In this document: one piece after another, positions 17,432 to 28,200 of the stretch | Layout of the letters: each line of letters opens with the position of its first letter | Numbering within the stretch: position 1 is the first letter of the stretch | From: a virus | Lineage: Duplodnaviria; Caudoviricetes | IMG/VR virus record: IMGVR_UViG_3300023179_000184 | Span: 1-44,470 of that record | Length of the DNA: 44,470 nucleotides | Direction: 5' to 3' (one strand) | Notes under the pieces: generated by a model | What the model saw: only the letters and a program-made list of their open reading frames with translations | What the model was told of the DNA's origin: nothing | Database searches by the model: none | Position numbers and translations under genes: made by a program

Positions 17432-18598
17432 ATGGAAGTATTGAGAGTTCCACCATATCCAATTTCAACTAAATGGGATGTCCCAGATGCTAACGCACCC
17501 TACATCTTTGAGGTTGAGGATTTGGTGGACCACTCAATTGAGCAAACAACACTAACATCGGATGCAAATAAACAGGTTACATACATTATCCCACGAGCAA
17601 AAGCACAGTATGACCGTGACTTTGCTGTAAAAATTTATGATACAGATTTGTATGGTGAAATTGTTACAGAGTCAAATTTAACAATTTATCGCCCATATGT
17701 TGACCCAAACTTACTGGGAACAACAGCACAAGAAATTTATGAATATCAAGAGTATGAAATCATTGCTCGTTCTATCATTGATACATATCTTCAAGAAGGT
17801 TCTGGAACTGGTGGTGCCTTTTATAATCACAAACTTATCATCCAGCGTACAGGCGAGGGTAACGACTATTTCCCAGTATGGCATCCAGTAAACCGTGTGT
17901 TAAAAGTATATGAAAATAACGTTCTTGTTTATGATGCAGAGAACACCCCTATTGGTATTGCAATTCAGAACGTAGATGTTACCAGCGGTGTCCTAACTCT
18001 TACTACAACCATTTCTCATGGTTTCCAGGTTGGTCAGGCTGTAATAATTTCTGGTGTAACTCCATCAAAATTCAATGGAACATTCTATGTAACAGCAGTA
18101 CCAACAGCAACTACATTTAGTCTTGATAATGCAGATATTTCTGCAACAGATAATGAGGCAATTACCACTCGTGGTGGTGTAGAGTCTGTTTGGGAATATA
18201 CCTATAAACCAACACTAGATAACTCAGCAATTATGAGAGTTCAAGATGGTATTTATAATAGACTTGAACAAACTCCCTTAACTATTCCACCTGCTGTTGG
18301 AGATTTAGGCTATTATGGATTCTATCCAATTAGTTTTCCAAAAGGATTTGACTATATCTTTATTGTAGATGCTGGTTTTAAAGCAGTTCCACCAGATGTT
18401 GAGATTGCTATTAAGATGCTAATTGAAGATATTAAATGCGGAAAAAACGATTACTACAATAGATTTGTAACGCAATATAGCACAGACCAGTTTGACATTA
18501 AGTTTGCACCACAATTTTTGGAGGGTACTGGAAACATGATTGTAGATAAAATCCTTAGTAACTATAAGGGTACACTCATTAAACCAGGATTACTATGA
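17432..18598 (+). CDS. head-tail adaptor/connector with inserted beta-barrel module
   Basis: EIIARSIIDTY and DAGFKAVPPDVEIAIKMLI...VDKILSNY resemble gp6/gp15-type adaptors; synteny. Confidence 0.7.
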   Translation: MEVLRVPPYPISTKWDVPDANAPYIFEVEDLVDHSIEQTTLTSDANKQVTYIIPRAKAQYDRDFAVKIYDTDLYGEIVTESNLTIYRPYVDPNLLGTTAQEIYEYQEYEIIARSIIDTYLQEGSGTGGAFYNHKLIIQRTGEGNDYFPVWHPVNRVLKVYENNVLVYDAENTPIGIAIQNVDVTSGVLTLTTTISHGFQVGQAVIISGVTPSKFNGTFYVTAVPTATTFSLDNADISATDNEAITTRGGVESVWEYTYKPTLDNSAIMRVQDGIYNRLEQTPLTIPPAVGDLGYYGFYPISFPKGFDYIFIVDAGFKAVPPDVEIAIKMLIEDIKCGKNDYYNRFVTQYSTDQFDIKFAPQFLEGTGNMIVDKILSNYKGTLIKPGLL

Positions 18599-19041
18599 TA
18601 TGCGAAACAACAGACTTTATGTATCCACTGCTTGCAGATATTTACTATCCAATAGTTGATACTGGTGCATATGGTAACCTAAAAAAGACTTGGGTTCTAG
18701 ATAAAACAATGGCATGTGCTTTTGTTCCAGCAGGAACCAAAAACAAAAAAGACGTAAATGCAGAACCTAACATTAATATTGATAATTCAATAATTGGAAG
18801 AACTCGGTCAGATATAACAATTTCAGATAACAATGCTCCATATTCATTAACAAATATAGTTGTTGCAAACATAAGAAATGCAAATGGAGAAATAATTTAT
18901 AAAGAATCTGCTGGAGCACGTTCTGGACAATCAACGTTATTTGAAGTGGCTACGTTTAATCCAATTGTTGGTCCTTTTGGCAATATTGAATATTATATGA
19001 TAATGCTAAGACGTTCTGAAAACCAGGCGGTAGACCTATGA
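18595..19041 (+). CDS. head closure (stopper) protein, putative
   Basis: Synteny, size and DTGAYG...W motif; ATGA overlap. Confidence 0.6.
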   Translation: MICETTDFMYPLLADIYYPIVDTGAYGNLKKTWVLDKTMACAFVPAGTKNKKDVNAEPNINIDNSIIGRTRSDITISDNNAPYSLTNIVVANIRNANGEIIYKESAGARSGQSTLFEVATFNPIVGPFGNIEYYMIMLRRSENQAVDL

Positions 19042-19718
19042 TAGTTACATTTGATTCTAAAACACTTATTAAAGAATTAAATAATTTAACAAATTATTCT
19101 ATTGGATTTTTAGAAGGTGTGGATGCAGCAAAAGAAATATTTATAGATAATTTTGGAAAAAGTGTTATCGAATCACTCAAAAACTTTATAGACACAAATG
19201 CCAGGGTAAACCCAGAATCATTACATCACGTTTATGAATGGTATCAAACAGGTAGTCCAGAAGCAAGACTATTTGATATAGAATATACTGTAGTAGGAAA
19301 AAATACATTAACATTTAATTACACCTTTTCTCAGTCTTTGTCATATTCACAAAACTCTAGTCAGCCATTTTATGATAAAGCAAACATTATGGAAAATGGC
19401 ATTCCAGTTACAATTAGACCAAAAGCAAAAAGTGTAATAACATTTAATGACAATGGTGAGCAAGTATTTACTAAAAAACCAGTAATCATATCTAGACCAG
19501 GTGGGGATGCAGTGCAAGGAGGCTTCGAAAGAATACTAAAGTCATTCTTTGAAAGTTATTTTACTCAATCATATATTATGATTAGTGGAATAAAAGAACA
19601 TTTTAACAATCCAGAGCCATACAAGAGAAACTTAAAGTCTGGAATTAAACAAGGTGGCAAATCATTGGGATTCAGAACAGGATTTGAATGGACAGCGAAA
19701 GGTGGTAAAATAGAATAA
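19038..19718 (+). CDS. neck / tail completion protein, putative
   Basis: Synteny, A.IMENG motif similar to HK97 gp10-like proteins; ATGA overlap. Confidence 0.5.
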   Translation: MIVTFDSKTLIKELNNLTNYSIGFLEGVDAAKEIFIDNFGKSVIESLKNFIDTNARVNPESLHHVYEWYQTGSPEARLFDIEYTVVGKNTLTFNYTFSQSLSYSQNSSQPFYDKANIMENGIPVTIRPKAKSVITFNDNGEQVFTKKPVIISRPGGDAVQGGFERILKSFFESYFTQSYIMISGIKEHFNNPEPYKRNLKSGIKQGGKSLGFRTGFEWTAKGGKIE

Positions 19719-20242
19719 TGAGCAGAACATCTATTCTTAATACACCTGTTTTATGGGTAAATGCATATCTTCAAGACAAACTTCAGGGTCTTGGGTTTGA
19801 TACCGTTCCATTTTTTCCAACAACCCCATCAACAATTAATGATTTGACAGACTATTTTCCACCAGGTGGAATCATGTGTACATATGACAGACTAATTCGT
19901 ATGCGTAAATCACCATTTCCCCATATTAAATGTGAAGAATTACTTTATTATTTTTATGCCACTGCTGAAAATTCAGTAATTAATATGATTAAAATCACCG
20001 AAAAAGTAAATAGACTTCTTGATAGAGAAGATGAATCAGCACAAGAACTTAATGATTGGTGCAGACAAAAAGGCTCAATCATTGTAGAGGGAGAAGTAAT
20101 ACAGCCAAACTTTAATTTTGTTAATTTTAAAGTTTTTCAGTTGCAAGAAACTCGTGATATTATTAATTTTGGAACAGCCAGAACTTATGGGGGCAACAAA
20201 ATAGTCGTATATTACGATTATGTAATGCTTCAATTAGATTAA
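19718..20242 (+). CDS. tail terminator protein, putative
   Basis: Position immediately before the tail tube gene, size; TAATG overlap. Confidence 0.55.
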   Translation: MSRTSILNTPVLWVNAYLQDKLQGLGFDTVPFFPTTPSTINDLTDYFPPGGIMCTYDRLIRMRKSPFPHIKCEELLYYFYATAENSVINMIKITEKVNRLLDREDESAQELNDWCRQKGSIIVEGEVIQPNFNFVNFKVFQLQETRDIINFGTARTYGGNKIVVYYDYVMLQLD

Positions 20243-20254
20243 TTATAAAAGGCA

Positions 20255-20263
20255 TGTTATACT
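20255..20263 (+). promoter_or_regulatory. extended -10 promoter TGTTATACT
   Basis: Variant of the recurrent motif upstream of the tail tube gene. Confidence 0.5.
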
Positions 20264-20318
20264 TATATAGAGGAAACAAAAGCCCAATTATTCGCACAAT
20301 GAAAGGTGGTGAAAAAAT

Positions 20319-21101
20319 ATGGGATATACAAGAGGTACAAATTCCAACATTATCGTTGGTGCAGCAGCATTCTTTGTTACTAGGGATTCACAGTCATTGA
20401 GTGCAGCAACAATTCCAGGTTTCGTTGGTGGTGAGTCTTACAAGACTTCGCTAACAGACCGCTACGCTACTCAGTTCCGTAACGTTGGTTACACCAATAA
20501 CGGTCTTGAAATTACCTTTGCTCCAGACTTTGGTGAAGTTATGGTAGACCAACTACTAGACACAGCAAAAATCTTTAAGCAGGGTATGAAGGTAACACTG
20601 AAGACAACTCTTGCTGAAGCAACACTAGAAAACCTACTTCTAGCAATTGCTGGTAAGGACGTTGACTATCAGCCAGGACTAGGAAACCTAATTTCAACAG
20701 TATCAGAAGTAACATTCTTGGCTAACTTGACCAACATGACCCAACTTACAGTTGGTAACTTGGCTTCAATTACAAGCAACGTTACACTGAGCACAGTTGG
20801 TACTCTAGGTGCAGTTACTGACTCTATTCTAGACATCAACTCTGGTGACTTGGGAGACTATCCAGTAGAACGTGGTATTATTGCAGTTGGTCCAGGTCTT
20901 GGAAACAAGGATGGATTCGAAGCAACAAGTCCAACCACAGCAGACCAGCAAGAACGTGTTTACATTGCATACCGTGCTGTTTCAATCGATTCAGTTACAG
21001 TTTCAGCAAAGCGTGACTCTGCTACTGCATTCGAAGTATCGTTCCGTCTTCTTCCAGATGACACAGGTTCATATGGAAAGATTGTAGACAGAACCTTCTA
21101 A
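20319..21101 (+). CDS. major tail tube protein
   Basis: NIIVGAA, VGYTNNGLEITF.P...V.VDQ, LAEATLENL and FEVSFRLLPD are siphovirus tube motifs; GAAAGGTGGTG RBS; terminator follows. Confidence 0.88.
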   Translation: MGYTRGTNSNIIVGAAAFFVTRDSQSLSAATIPGFVGGESYKTSLTDRYATQFRNVGYTNNGLEITFAPDFGEVMVDQLLDTAKIFKQGMKVTLKTTLAEATLENLLLAIAGKDVDYQPGLGNLISTVSEVTFLANLTNMTQLTVGNLASITSNVTLSTVGTLGAVTDSILDINSGDLGDYPVERGIIAVGPGLGNKDGFEATSPTTADQQERVYIAYRAVSIDSVTVSAKRDSATAFEVSFRLLPDDTGSYGKIVDRTF

Positions 21102-21126
21102 AACTAAATAACAACTAAATATCATT

Positions 21127-21162
21127 GAGACTGCCCTGGGGATTCCTGGGGCAGTTTCTTTT
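21127..21162 (+). terminator. intrinsic terminator after tail tube gene
   Basis: GAGACTGCCCTGGG...CCTGGGGCAGTTTC stem followed by TTTT. Confidence 0.85.
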
Positions 21163-21170
21163 GGTATACT
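21162..21170 (+). promoter_or_regulatory. extended -10 promoter TGGTATACT (leaderless)
   Basis: 6 nt before ATG 21177, with no SD. Confidence 0.65.
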
Positions 21171-21176
21171 TATATT

Positions 21177-21884
21177 ATGCCTACTAAAATATATGATATA
21201 AACGAGATAGAACTTGTAGATGGAACAATCCTAGAGATAAGTCCACTAAAGATTAAATATCTAAAAGAATTTATGGAAAAATTTGAAACTATACACTCAT
21301 GTACTAATGATGATGAGTCTGTTACAGTTCTTGCTGAATGTGTAAGAATAGCAATGAAACAGTTTTATCCAGCAATAAAAACCATAGAAGACGTTGAAGA
21401 CAACATTGATTTACAAACAATTTATAAAATTATAGAATATTCTGCAGGTATAAAAATTAAACCAGACAAATCAGATATTCCTATGAATACTCAGCCAACA
21501 AATTCATCAACAAAAAACTCTTGGGAAAATATAGATTTGGCAAAACTAGAGTCCGAAATATTTGTTTTGGGTATTTGGAAGAATTTTGACGAACTTGAGT
21601 CCAATATATCTATGCCAGAATTAATGACAATTCTTGAAATGACTAGAGAATTAGACTATAATGAAAAGAAATTCTTGGCTGCTATGCAGGGCGTTGATTT
21701 AGATGAAGCATCTGGAAAAACAGTAGAAGACCCTTGGGAAGCCATGAAAGCCAGGGTAGCGTCAAAAGTATCTGGTATTGGTAATGGAGACCCTAACGAC
21801 ATTACATCACTTCAAGGTGTAAAGGCTCAACAGATGGGCTTCGGTATTGGAATGGGTCTTGACTACGAAGTAGTTGAAAAATAG
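21177..21884 (+). CDS. tail assembly chaperone, long (GT-like) form
   Basis: Lies between tube and TMP; first ~95 aa are paralogous to the next gene; has an extra C-terminal domain (WKNFDELESNISMPEL). Confidence 0.7.
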   Translation: MPTKIYDINEIELVDGTILEISPLKIKYLKEFMEKFETIHSCTNDDESVTVLAECVRIAMKQFYPAIKTIEDVEDNIDLQTIYKIIEYSAGIKIKPDKSDIPMNTQPTNSSTKNSWENIDLAKLESEIFVLGIWKNFDELESNISMPELMTILEMTRELDYNEKKFLAAMQGVDLDEASGKTVEDPWEAMKARVASKVSGIGNGDPNDITSLQGVKAQQMGFGIGMGLDYEVVEK

Positions 21885-21894
21885 CATTGCTTTA

Positions 21895-21903
21895 TGCTAT
21901 AAT
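21895..21903 (+). promoter_or_regulatory. extended -10 promoter TGCTATAAT
   Basis: Exact motif; AAGGAGG RBS follows. Confidence 0.65.
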
Positions 21904-21927
21904 TATATAGAACCTTAAGGAGGATTC

Positions 21928-22251
21928 ATGTCTACAACTATTAATGAAACAAAAACTGTAGAACTACTGGATGGTACAAAGATTCCAGTACGACCACTAA
22001 AAATCTCTCTTCTACGTCCTTTTATGAAGAAATTCGAAGGGATTGCAGAAGTTGCAGATGACAACGAGAAGTCAATGACACTTCTCATGGAGTGTGTACA
22101 AATTGCTCTTCAGCAATATGCTCCAGAAATAGCCAAGGATTCAAAGGCTCTAGAAGACCTTTTGGACCTACCAACCGTATACAAGATTGTTGAAGAAGCA
22201 TCTGGTATTAGACTTAGCGAAGCATCGCTAATAGGTGGTTTAATCGGCTAG
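21928..22251 (+). CDS. tail assembly chaperone, short (G-like) form
   Basis: 107 aa, immediately before TMP, strong RBS, paralogous to the upstream gene. Confidence 0.75.
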   Translation: MSTTINETKTVELLDGTKIPVRPLKISLLRPFMKKFEGIAEVADDNEKSMTLLMECVQIALQQYAPEIAKDSKALEDLLDLPTVYKIVEEASGIRLSEASLIGGLIG

Positions 22252-22268
22252 TAAAGCGGTGTAGTTGA

Positions 22269-25200
22269 ATGGCTGATATTGAATCCAACATAAAAGTAAA
22301 TATAGATACGTCAGATGCTCTGGCTCAACTTAAGTTACTTCAGCAACAGATATCAGCCTTTCAGCAAGCCATGCGAAATGCAGGGGCACAAAATGCCGCT
22401 GCTGCTGCTGCAATGCAGCAAAATCTTGTAACATCTATTAATGCTACTGGAAAATTCCAAGCAAATATAAAGACAATCAAAACAAGTGCAGAATCTTTTA
22501 CCGAAGCACTTGAAAAGAATAAGATGTCTATTGGCGAATACTTTCGCTATGCTGGTGGGGCATCTAAAACATTTGGTAAATTATTCAAATCAGAATTCGC
22601 TACAATACAACAAGTAGCAATTGAACGAGTAAAAGAAGTTCAGACTCAATACATTAAACTTGGTCGTGATGCTAGTGGAGCAATGAAGGCTATTTCTGTA
22701 AAGCCACTTGCTCTTGACATGAACAACCTTGCAACTAAAACACAAATTGCTGCTCAAAGACAACAGTTGTTTAACCAACTTATGAAGCAGGGTTCTACAC
22801 AACTTCTAAACTTTGGTAAGAATACACAGTGGGCTGGTCGCCAGTTGATGGTTGGTTTTACAATCCCACTTACAATGATGGGGTCTGCTGCTGCTAAAGC
22901 ATATATGCAAATTGAGGCAGCATCAGTTAAGTTTAAACGTGTCTATGGTGACATGAATACAACAACAACAGAAACCAATAAAATGGTTAAATCTGTTCAG
23001 GCTTTGGCTAATCAATTTACTCAATATGGTCTTGCAGTTGCAGAAACCATGGATATGGCTGCCCAGGCTGCTGCTATGGGTAAAACTGGTTCAGACCTTT
23101 TAGCACAAATCAACCAATCTGCAAAACTTGCAGTTCTTGGTGGTGTAGACCAACAGAAGGCACTGGAAACAACCATCAGCCTTACAAATGCATTTGGTGT
23201 TTCTGCACAAGACCTTGGCAAAAACATTGACTTCTTGAACGCAGTAGAAAACCAGACAACACTTAGCATTGAAGACCTCACAATCGCTATTCCAAAGGCT
23301 GCTCCAGTTGTTAAGCAACTTGGTGGAGATGTTAAAGACCTTGCATTCTTCCTAACAGCAATGAAGGAAGGTGGAATTAACGCATCTGAAGGTGCCAACG
23401 CCATTAAGTCTGGTCTTGCATCTTTAATTAATCCATCACAAAAAGCATCACAATTTTTACAAAGTTTTGGAATCAATGTTAAAGGAATTGTTGAAGCAGA
23501 TAAGGGTAATCTAAAGAAAACAGTCATTGATTTTGCCAAAGCCTTAGACACGCTTGACCCACTAAACCGTGCTCGTGCTATTGAGCAAATGTTTGGTAAG
23601 TTCCAGTTCTCTCGTATTTCTACATTGTTCCAGAATGTAATTGCAGAGGGTAGCCAAGCACAACAGGTAGCAGAACTATCAAAGAACTCAGCAGAAGAAC
23701 TTGCTATCCTATCAGAACGAGAAATGAAAAAGATTTCAGATTCTCCAATGTTTAAGTTCCAAAAATCTATTCAAGATATGCAAGCAAAACTTGCTCCTGT
23801 TGGTGAAGCATTCCTTAAGGCTATTACTCCAATAGTTGAATTTGTTGGCAAAATATTAGATGGTTTCAATAATCTTAGTTCTGGTGCAAAAAGTTTTATA
23901 ACTATTTTAGTAACTGCTGTAGCAGGTATTGGACCATTGCTACTTATGACATTCGGTTTGATTGCAAACGGTATTGCAAACATTATGAAATTGTTTACAA
24001 ATATCAAAGCATTTATAAATAAAACCACAAAGCCATCCGATATTATTGGTGAACAAACTAAGTATATGACAACAGAGCAATTAAATAGTGCTGCTATTGC
24101 AGACTCTTTAGACCAAGCACATGCCAAACTTAAACAAACTTTTACATCAGAAACAGAAGCATTAAGAAAACTAACTGAAGCATATCGTCAAGCAGTTCAA
24201 GCACAACAAGGATATGCTGGTATTCCTGGAGTTCCAGTTGGAAATCCAAATGCAACACCTCCAAAGAAATATGCAAATGGTGTATCTTATGTTCCTGGTC
24301 CAAGAGGTGCTGGAGACATTATTCCAGCCCTATTGTCTCCAGGTGAAGCAGTCATTCCTGCAAAACATGCACAAAAGTATGCTCCAGTAATTGCTGGTAT
24401 GGTTTCTGGAAATCTTCCAGGATTTGAAAGTGGAACTACTGGTGTTGGTATGCGTCAAAGCACTATTGGACCACTTACGGAAAAACAAACAGAAGGATTA
24501 TTAAGAACAGGAAAAACTCTTAAAGAGATTAGCGATGAAGTTTATGCTGGTCCATATGGTCAGATTCCACCAGAACAATATATTAGACAAATTGAGCCAA
24601 CCAAGGGTCATTCTTTCCCTGCTTTTGAGGTTGGCGGTATTTATGAAAAGGCTGATGGAACAAGAGTATTCGTTAAGCCACAAATAGATTTGACATCAGC
24701 ATTAGCAGAAGTTCGTGGAACTCAGATTGCAAGAGATGCCCATCAACTAGTAACACCTATGCAAAAAATTGTTACAATGATGGACCCAACAGACCCAGAA
24801 GGAAGAAGAAAATTCATTGCTCTTGAATCACCATTAAGTGAACAAATTGCAAATATTAAAACATCATTTACCAAAGATGAATATTTTAAACAACTTGTTG
24901 CATCGCTTCTTCGTGGAGATAAAGATTTAGGTATTGGTAATCTTGGCGGCAATGTTCTTGCTGACGTTGGTCCTGCTGGTGTATTCCAGAGGGCATCAGG
25001 AAAACGTCAACTTGGTGGCAGAATTAACTCAATGGAAGAACAAGCCATCATTAACTTACTTGGTGTAAAGGGTGGTGCCAAGAGATTCTTTGCAGAAGCA
25101 ACTTCTGAAATTGCTAGAGGTATGTCTCCAGATGCATATGATGCAGCAATGAAGGCTGAAATCGCTTCAGTTCTATCTAGATTCCCATCCGTTATAAATA

Positions 25201-28200
25201 GTTTTGGTTCTCTAACTCCAGAAGAAAAGGCTGCATATGCAGACATGGAGAACCGCCTAAAGCAAGGCTCAATGACTGACTGGCGTAAATATCAAGGAAT
25301 TCATTCTGCAGTAACCCCTAAAAAATATAAAGATGGTGGAATTGTAGGATATCTTAAAGGTAGTAAAGGAATTAAAAAAGAATCAGACTATACTCCACAA
25401 GAGATTTATGAATTATTAAAAATTCAAGAAGCACACGCTTATGGTGAAATGGATATCAAAGATAAAAATGTTCAAGAACAACTTAAACGAGTATTTTCTG
25501 AATCAAGTCCAGAAGACTTTAATAAATTTAAAATTCTTAGCAATCTTACTATGAGTTTGCCAGGTAAATTAAATCAATTAATTAAAGAAACTGGCAATGG
25601 TGTACAGGGACCAATTTTTAGTCAGGCATATAATGCTTTGCGTGGAAAACTAAGCAAAACTGCAAAAATGTCTGGTGTCAAAAATATGTCAGATGCTCAA
25701 ACTCTTGAAGATATTATTGGAACAAAATTTGTAGGAGAGCCATTAATCAAAGATTCAATATTTGCAAAAATAGTTGAATCAACCATTAATGAACAAACTG
25801 CAAATGTTTCTCAAATTGGCTCTGCAGCAAACTTAATTTGGGAAAGAACAAAACAAGTTGGAACTGTTCGTCCTAAACGTGATAATTTAGACACACAAAA
25901 ATGGAATGAATTAATTACAACAATGCTACAAAATGATGAGTTAGTTGTAGTTCCAGGAAATGAAAATGGTTTTCCAGTTGCACAAACACCATTTGGTGGA
26001 CGTTTTGGAAGAATCATGTCGGATGGCATTGGCTCAAGCAAAACTGCTGAAGGTCGTGCTATTCGTAAATTGGCACAAGATGCAGCAAACCAATGGGCTA
26101 AATCTGGAAATCATAAGTTGCCACTGCCACTAGTTGACCTTGGCAATGGAAATGTTGTTCAGTTAAAATGGAGAGACAATAGTGCAAAACCAGGAACATT
26201 CTCATCCGATGAATTTCCTGCTTATGATGATAAAAGTAAAAAATATGCATCAGACCTATCTTTTGCACCTGGTGGATTAAATGTTCTTAAAAATCTTGGA
26301 TATTTTGCTAAAGGTGGAATAATTCCTGGAGGACAAGATGAAAAATATAAATACCTAGAAAAAGACAGAGGTTTTTATAAAACTGCATTAGCCTATGCTG
26401 CTATGGAAAAAGCATATAGGGATAAGAAACCAAATGCTGCACAACTAAAGGGTGCCTACACCAACCTAAGAGCCAAATATGGAATTATGGATAGTGAGAT
26501 AGTAGATGAATACTATTGGGACGAACCAGAACAAATTGAGGCAAGAGTTGCAGCAGAATGGGCAAAAGCCTACCCTGGATTGAAACTTGCTAAGGGTGGA
26601 ACTATACCAGGATATGCTAAAGGAAGTTTCGACATTCCTGGTATGGGACAAAAGAAATCAGCATATTCTGATGCAAAACTAAAACACAATATCCTTCTTA
26701 AACTTGTAGAGTTAAAGAAACAAGGATTGCCAGATGATGCAGTAATTCAATCAATCAGGTCTAATCCAGAATTTGCTAATGCACTAGCAGAATATGAAAA
26801 GTTTGGTCAAAGACCAAGGCTAAATGTTACAAGTTTAAATACAGCAATGCGTTTAAAGAGTGACAAGGCTCTCGACAACGCTGTTGGTAGAAGTGCAGAA
26901 TATCTTGAACAACAGTCATTTGGATATAAAGCAAAAAAGATAGCAAAGGCTACTCCAGGAAAAATTGGTGAAGTTGCACAAGGTTTAGCGTATGCTGGTA
27001 TTGCAGGAATCGCAGGATTAGGCAGTATGGCTGTAACAAATCCACTAGGATTCAGGGCTGCTACTAGTGGTTTAGGAGAACTTGCAAAAGTAGTTTTGGC
27101 AATGTTTGGACTTCATCTAAATAAGGGTGGTGTTATTCCAGGGTATGAAGAAGGTACTCCAGAAGTTCTTCCACAAGGATTTTCTGCTATGCCAACACAA
27201 GCAGAAAAAGATGCACAAGTTGCATTTGTTCAGAATTCTCCATTAGCCCAACTACAACGTGGTGACGCATTAGCAAGTTTGGTTGCCAAGTCTACAATTG
27301 GTAAGGGAAACCAAATGTTCCGTGTTCCTACCATTAGACAAAATGAAGAACTAGCCACAAAAAAGGTTGGGGACATAGTTGATATTGGTAATAGGTTTAC
27401 ATCTATTGCAGACCAAACGCAACTGCAAGCAATAGGAATGACTGCTGCAGGAAAACTAAATACAGGAAATAGAGAACGTGCTGTAAACACTATCCTGAAA
27501 CTTGTTGCTGGCTACGATATGCCAGGAATTATGAATCACAACTCATACAATCCTGATTATAAAAAACAAGCATTTGGAGAAAAGGGTGGTGCAGAATATC
27601 CATTCCAGTCAGAGGGAGTTCTTCCTCCAGGACTTAAAGGCAAGATTACTAATATTGCTCAAAGTGGAGACCAAAAAATAATTGAAGTCTTAATTCAAAA
27701 ACTTGCTAAGGGTGGAATAATTCCAGGGTATGCTAATGGTGGTTTTATTGCAACACAAAAGCCAAAGGCATCAGTATTTGATATTGATGATACCCTTCTT
27801 GACCTATCTTCTTTTATGCCAGCACACGAAGCAAAAAACGAAAAACTTCCTAAAGACCAAAGAACAAAATGGCACGAAGAGGCTGCAAAGAATCCTAAAG
27901 GTATTCCTGCAGCAATTGAAAGACTAAGGGCTGCACAGGCTCGTGGTAATAAGATTCTTCTTATGACTGCTAGACCACAGTCATATGACATGGTTACAAT
28001 GGATACCCTACAAAAACTGGGTATTGATACTAACAATGTAAAACTAATTTCTAGAGCAAGCAAAGATTATCGTAAACCAGAACAGATGAAGTTTGATAAA
28101 ACTTCTAAGTATATGCAATGGTATGACATTGAAGAATTTTACGATGACCTTGCAGAGACTCGTGCTGCTATCAATCAATTAGGTATTAATGCAATTGACC

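Noticed and set aside
21177-22268. Programmed -1 frameshift between tail chaperone genes
   Set aside because: The genes do not overlap, each has its own start signals, and they are paralogues.
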